Below are positions 60,865-64,000 of a stretch of DNA of 64,000 nt, piece after piece (position 1 is the stretch's first letter; each line of letters starts with the position of its first letter). This stretch comes from Methanofollis sp. (GTDB taxonomy: Archaea; Halobacteriota; Methanomicrobia; Methanomicrobiales; Methanofollaceae). The DNA lies in assembly GCA_030156225.1 (NCBI GenBank), contig JASGMW010000001.1, positions 3,364 through 67,363 on the forward strand, in the 5' to 3' direction. Under the pieces are notes generated by a model. The model did not search any database. It saw only the letters and a list, made by a program, of their open reading frames with translations, and was not told the origin of the DNA. The translations under genes and the position numbers were made by a program.

Positions 60865-63369
60865 ATGAGTATGAAAGACGACACCGCCGTCAGCGAAATC
60901 ATCGCCGTCGTGATGCTCATCGCCATTTTTGCGGTGGCGGTGGGGATCGTCGGCGTATTCATCCTCTCAAATCCCCCTGGCGACGCAGCGCCGGCGATGC
61001 TCGCGCACGTCGAGGAGGGGGAGAACGGGAGCGTCTACCTCTACCACGACGGCGGCGATCCCCTCGAATGGGGGCACTTCTCCATCCTCGTCAACGGTAC
61101 TGAGACGGCCAAACTTCGTCTCCTGAACACCTCGGGGGGAGTGTCTGATGCCAGCGACTGGACGACATGGGGGACCGGGCAGGCCCTCGTCATCCCGAAC
61201 ACCTCTCCGATGGCCGAGATTATGATCGTCGCCGACAGTGTCGACCGGCGGGGCGGCTCATGGCTCATCTTCGAGAACGGCACGGCGCCGACCGGGACGC
61301 CCACCCCCGTCACGACGACCGTGCCCACGACCACCATAACAACAGTGCCGACCACCTCAGCCACACCGACTTCCGGGCCGGGACCGTCGGACGTGACCGC
61401 CAACTTCACCGCAGCCCCGCTGGACGGCACCGCACCTCTTCAGGTGAACTTCACTGACACCTCGACCGGCTCCCCGACCTCCTGGTCATGGGACTTCGGG
61501 GACAATGCAACCTCCACAGAGCAGAACCCGACGCACACCTACACCGCCGCCGGCACCTACACGGTCTCCCTCACCGCAGCGAAGACCGGCAGTTCGGACA
61601 CCGAGACAAAGACTGGCTACATCACCGTGGTAAACCCGACCGTCGTCGCAGGGATCTGGCCGATGGACGAAGGGACCGGCAGTATCGTCCACGATACCAG
61701 CGGCAACGGGAACAACGGCACGATCACCGGCGCGACCTGGATCTCATGCAGCGACCGTGGATATCTGGTCTTCGACGGGACCGGCGACACCGTCACCATC
61801 CCGAACAGCGAAACACTGAGCTTCACCGACGCCGTCAGCTTCGAGGCATGGGCCTATCCCACCTCCCATACCACGGCAAAGGTCGTCGAAAAACGCGACT
61901 GGGACGGCCACGGCATCGACCTCGACGTCTGGAGAGGATGGCAGGGCGGCGTCACCACGACAACATCGAGCAAGACCCCCCTCGACTGGGGCGAGGGGCC
62001 GCCCGACCTGAACCGCTGGTATTATATCGCCCTCACCTATGACGGTGCGAACCTCCGTCTGTATGTGGACGGGGAAGAAAAATCCTCCGTACCTCTCACC
62101 GGTGCTTTGAAGACAAATACCGCCCCGATCTTCATCGGTTCGGACAAGAACACCCAGAAATGGTTCAACGGCTCGATCGCAAACGTCGCCGTCTATGGAT
62201 CGGCACTCAGCCCTGAGGAGGTCCGGGCGCACTATGCCGCCTTCGGCCCGGCCGGATGCCCGCCGGAACCGGATTTCACCGCCGACGTTCTGAGCGGGGA
62301 AGCGCCCCTTGCGGTGACCTTCACCGACCTCTCGACCCGTCACCCCATCACATGGCTCTGGGACTTCGGCGACAACGCCACGTCGACAGAACAGAACCCC
62401 ACCACACATACCTATAACGCGTCCGGCACCTACACGGTCAGCCTGACCGCCACCAACATCTTCGGATCACGCACCAGGACACAGACCGCGTACATCACCG
62501 TCAACGAGTCCTTTATCGACTACATCATCGACGAGAATGTCTTTGTCTACGGCAACGTTCTCGATTTCCAGGGGAACACCGTCACCGGTCCTGGAGCGAC
62601 GGTCATCATCACCGGCGGGCTGGACACAGCGGACCTCAATGGGGGTGCCTCCGTCGCCGTGTCGGACATCTCTATCGATGGCGATGTTACCCTGGATGGG
62701 GGCAGTGCAGGGCTGGGATCTGCAATAGAACCTGGAAATATCTCTATCAATGGGGATCTGACGTTAGGAAGCGGGCAACGGCATATCTACGGCGACGTGT
62801 ACGTTGCCGGCAATTTCTCCCTCAAGGACGCCAGAATACACGGAAATGTGTACGTCGACGGGGATCTGACACTGGACTGGACACCGTGGCTTGCTGATGA
62901 TGCACGCATTTATTACACAGGCACGTTCACGCACCCCGCGTACATGGACCCGGCGCTGCTATCGAAATGCATCCAGCAGACAACAGTGCCTGGACTCGAT
63001 ATGCCGGATCTGGAGATCCCACCCGCAAAATCCGCCGACTGGTATGCGGCGAGAGGGTATGTCTCAGGTGGAGCCCTGACGAGCAATATGAAAGTATATG
63101 CCGACAGTTACTCATCCACGTCCTGGAGACCCGATGCGACGAACGTCGTCATCATCGCACGCACCGGAGATATTACCATAACAAGAATGGGAGGAAGCGG
63201 CGTTACCGGTATCTTCTTCGCACCCAACGGGAAGGTAACATTTAACGGTGGATCCCTTGAGGGCGTCGTCATCGCTCGTGACGGGTTCTTCGTTACGAGC
63301 GGCGGGACGACGGTCACCTTCAAGAATATCGAAGAGTACATCAGCAATCCGGATGATTATCCATTCTAA
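60865..63369 (+). CDS. Large pilin-anchored adhesin: Pilin_N + Thr-rich linker + PKD + LamG + PKD + C-terminal beta-solenoid-like domain
   Basis: A|VSEIIAV, HDGGD, two WDFGD PKD repeats, W.MDEG.G/LYVDG/FNG.I LamG motifs, I.GDVYV.G repeats and FFAPNG.V. Confidence 0.85.
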   Translation: MSMKDDTAVSEIIAVVMLIAIFAVAVGIVGVFILSNPPGDAAPAMLAHVEEGENGSVYLYHDGGDPLEWGHFSILVNGTETAKLRLLNTSGGVSDASDWTTWGTGQALVIPNTSPMAEIMIVADSVDRRGGSWLIFENGTAPTGTPTPVTTTVPTTTITTVPTTSATPTSGPGPSDVTANFTAAPLDGTAPLQVNFTDTSTGSPTSWSWDFGDNATSTEQNPTHTYTAAGTYTVSLTAAKTGSSDTETKTGYITVVNPTVVAGIWPMDEGTGSIVHDTSGNGNNGTITGATWISCSDRGYLVFDGTGDTVTIPNSETLSFTDAVSFEAWAYPTSHTTAKVVEKRDWDGHGIDLDVWRGWQGGVTTTTSSKTPLDWGEGPPDLNRWYYIALTYDGANLRLYVDGEEKSSVPLTGALKTNTAPIFIGSDKNTQKWFNGSIANVAVYGSALSPEEVRAHYAAFGPAGCPPEPDFTADVLSGEAPLAVTFTDLSTRHPITWLWDFGDNATSTEQNPTTHTYNASGTYTVSLTATNIFGSRTRTQTAYITVNESFIDYIIDENVFVYGNVLDFQGNTVTGPGATVIITGGLDTADLNGGASVAVSDISIDGDVTLDGGSAGLGSAIEPGNISINGDLTLGSGQRHIYGDVYVAGNFSLKDARIHGNVYVDGDLTLDWTPWLADDARIYYTGTFTHPAYMDPALLSKCIQQTTVPGLDMPDLEIPPAKSADWYAARGYVSGGALTSNMKVYADSYSSTSWRPDATNVVIIARTGDITITRMGGSGVTGIFFAPNGKVTFNGGSLEGVVIARDGFFVTSGGTTVTFKNIEEYISNPDDYPF

Positions 63370-63676
63370 TCGCCTGACCACAATCTGGTGTACACAGAAT
63401 GGAGAGGAGGCAAACCAACCCCGCACCTGTTTTCCCGGCTTCCTGCGCCAGGTGTCCGGCTATCAGATAGGGTCTTCAAAGAGGCCGCCCGTCTGGACGG
63501 CACGGGGAGGGATCATCCATGTCAGGACCCCGTGTGTACCTTCCGGCCAATCGTGTGTGGTGGACCGGCACGCCCGCACGCGGGAGCGAACCTGAACGCG
63601 GCATTCCATAGGCTGACCTGAGGGATGAAAATCGCCCGCGTGAAACGGCGAAGAACCGGAAAAAAAGGGGTTGGAT

Positions 63677-64000
63677 TTAGACAAGCGTCAGGATGGGGTG
63701 CTTGGTAACACCTTCTCCAAGGTCGCCGCCGAGTTCGCGGAGCGCCTCGGTGAGGACGATGTCGCTGAATGCGGCCGCCGTGGCGATACCCTCGCAGTTC
63801 TCGATCGGACCGAACATGATCAGGTCGGCGCCGAGGGTCATGGCCATGATGTTGCAGCCGATATCGGGTGCGGCCCATGCCGTCTGCCTGATCCCCTCCA
63901 TGCCGCCGAAGTGGTGGTGGCCCATCTGTTCGAGGAGGACGTCCTTGCCCTCGTACTGGGAGGCGAGGACGCTCTTGCGCCAGCGCTTCAGCCAGGTCCA
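63677..64000 (-). CDS. mtrH: Tetrahydromethanopterin S-methyltransferase subunit H (3' part)
   Basis: WTWLKRWRK...DIGCNIMAMTLGADLIMFGPIEN...HP; runs off the window end. Confidence 0.88.
   Translation of the reverse strand, partial: WTWLKRWRKSVLASQYEGKDVLLEQMGHHHFGGMEGIRQTAWAAPDIGCNIMAMTLGADLIMFGPIENCEGIATAAAFSDIVLTEALRELGGDLGEGVTKHPILTLV

Overview
This is GC-rich chromosomal DNA from a methanogenic archaeon, most consistent with Methanomicrobiales (mtrH, archaeal pheS/pheT/trpS/endA, dph5, nre, MsvR-like regulator); the genus cannot be fixed from sequence alone. The main feature is a complete group-II Mo-nitrogenase operon (nifH-I1-I2-D-K-E-N, a clostridial-type [2Fe-2S] ferredoxin and an AnfO-like gene). 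It has a TATA box plus a perfect NrpR operator and a ~365-nt leader. A stand-alone nifB lies ~19 kb away beside tungstate (TupABC) and molybdate (MOT1-type) transporters. Other content: DNA repair genes (nre, lig, 8-oxoG glycosylase, nfo, polX), a divergent fprA/msvR redox pair with operator boxes, and a CheY-CheC-PAS cassette with no kinase. There is also a DtxR-feoB-[KaiC-like]-[KaiC-like::small GTPase]-dph5-DUF357 operon, a convergent heteromeric cis-prenyltransferase pair, three type IV pilin-like genes and the 3' end of mtrH. Signals outside the ORF track: three tiny IS200/IS605-derived elements (one keeps a TnpB omega-RNA-like remnant), an apparent CTG start codon for uppS, and a frameshifted membrane-protein gene. 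I found no rRNA, tRNA or CRISPR array. All family calls are from motif recognition, not database searches.
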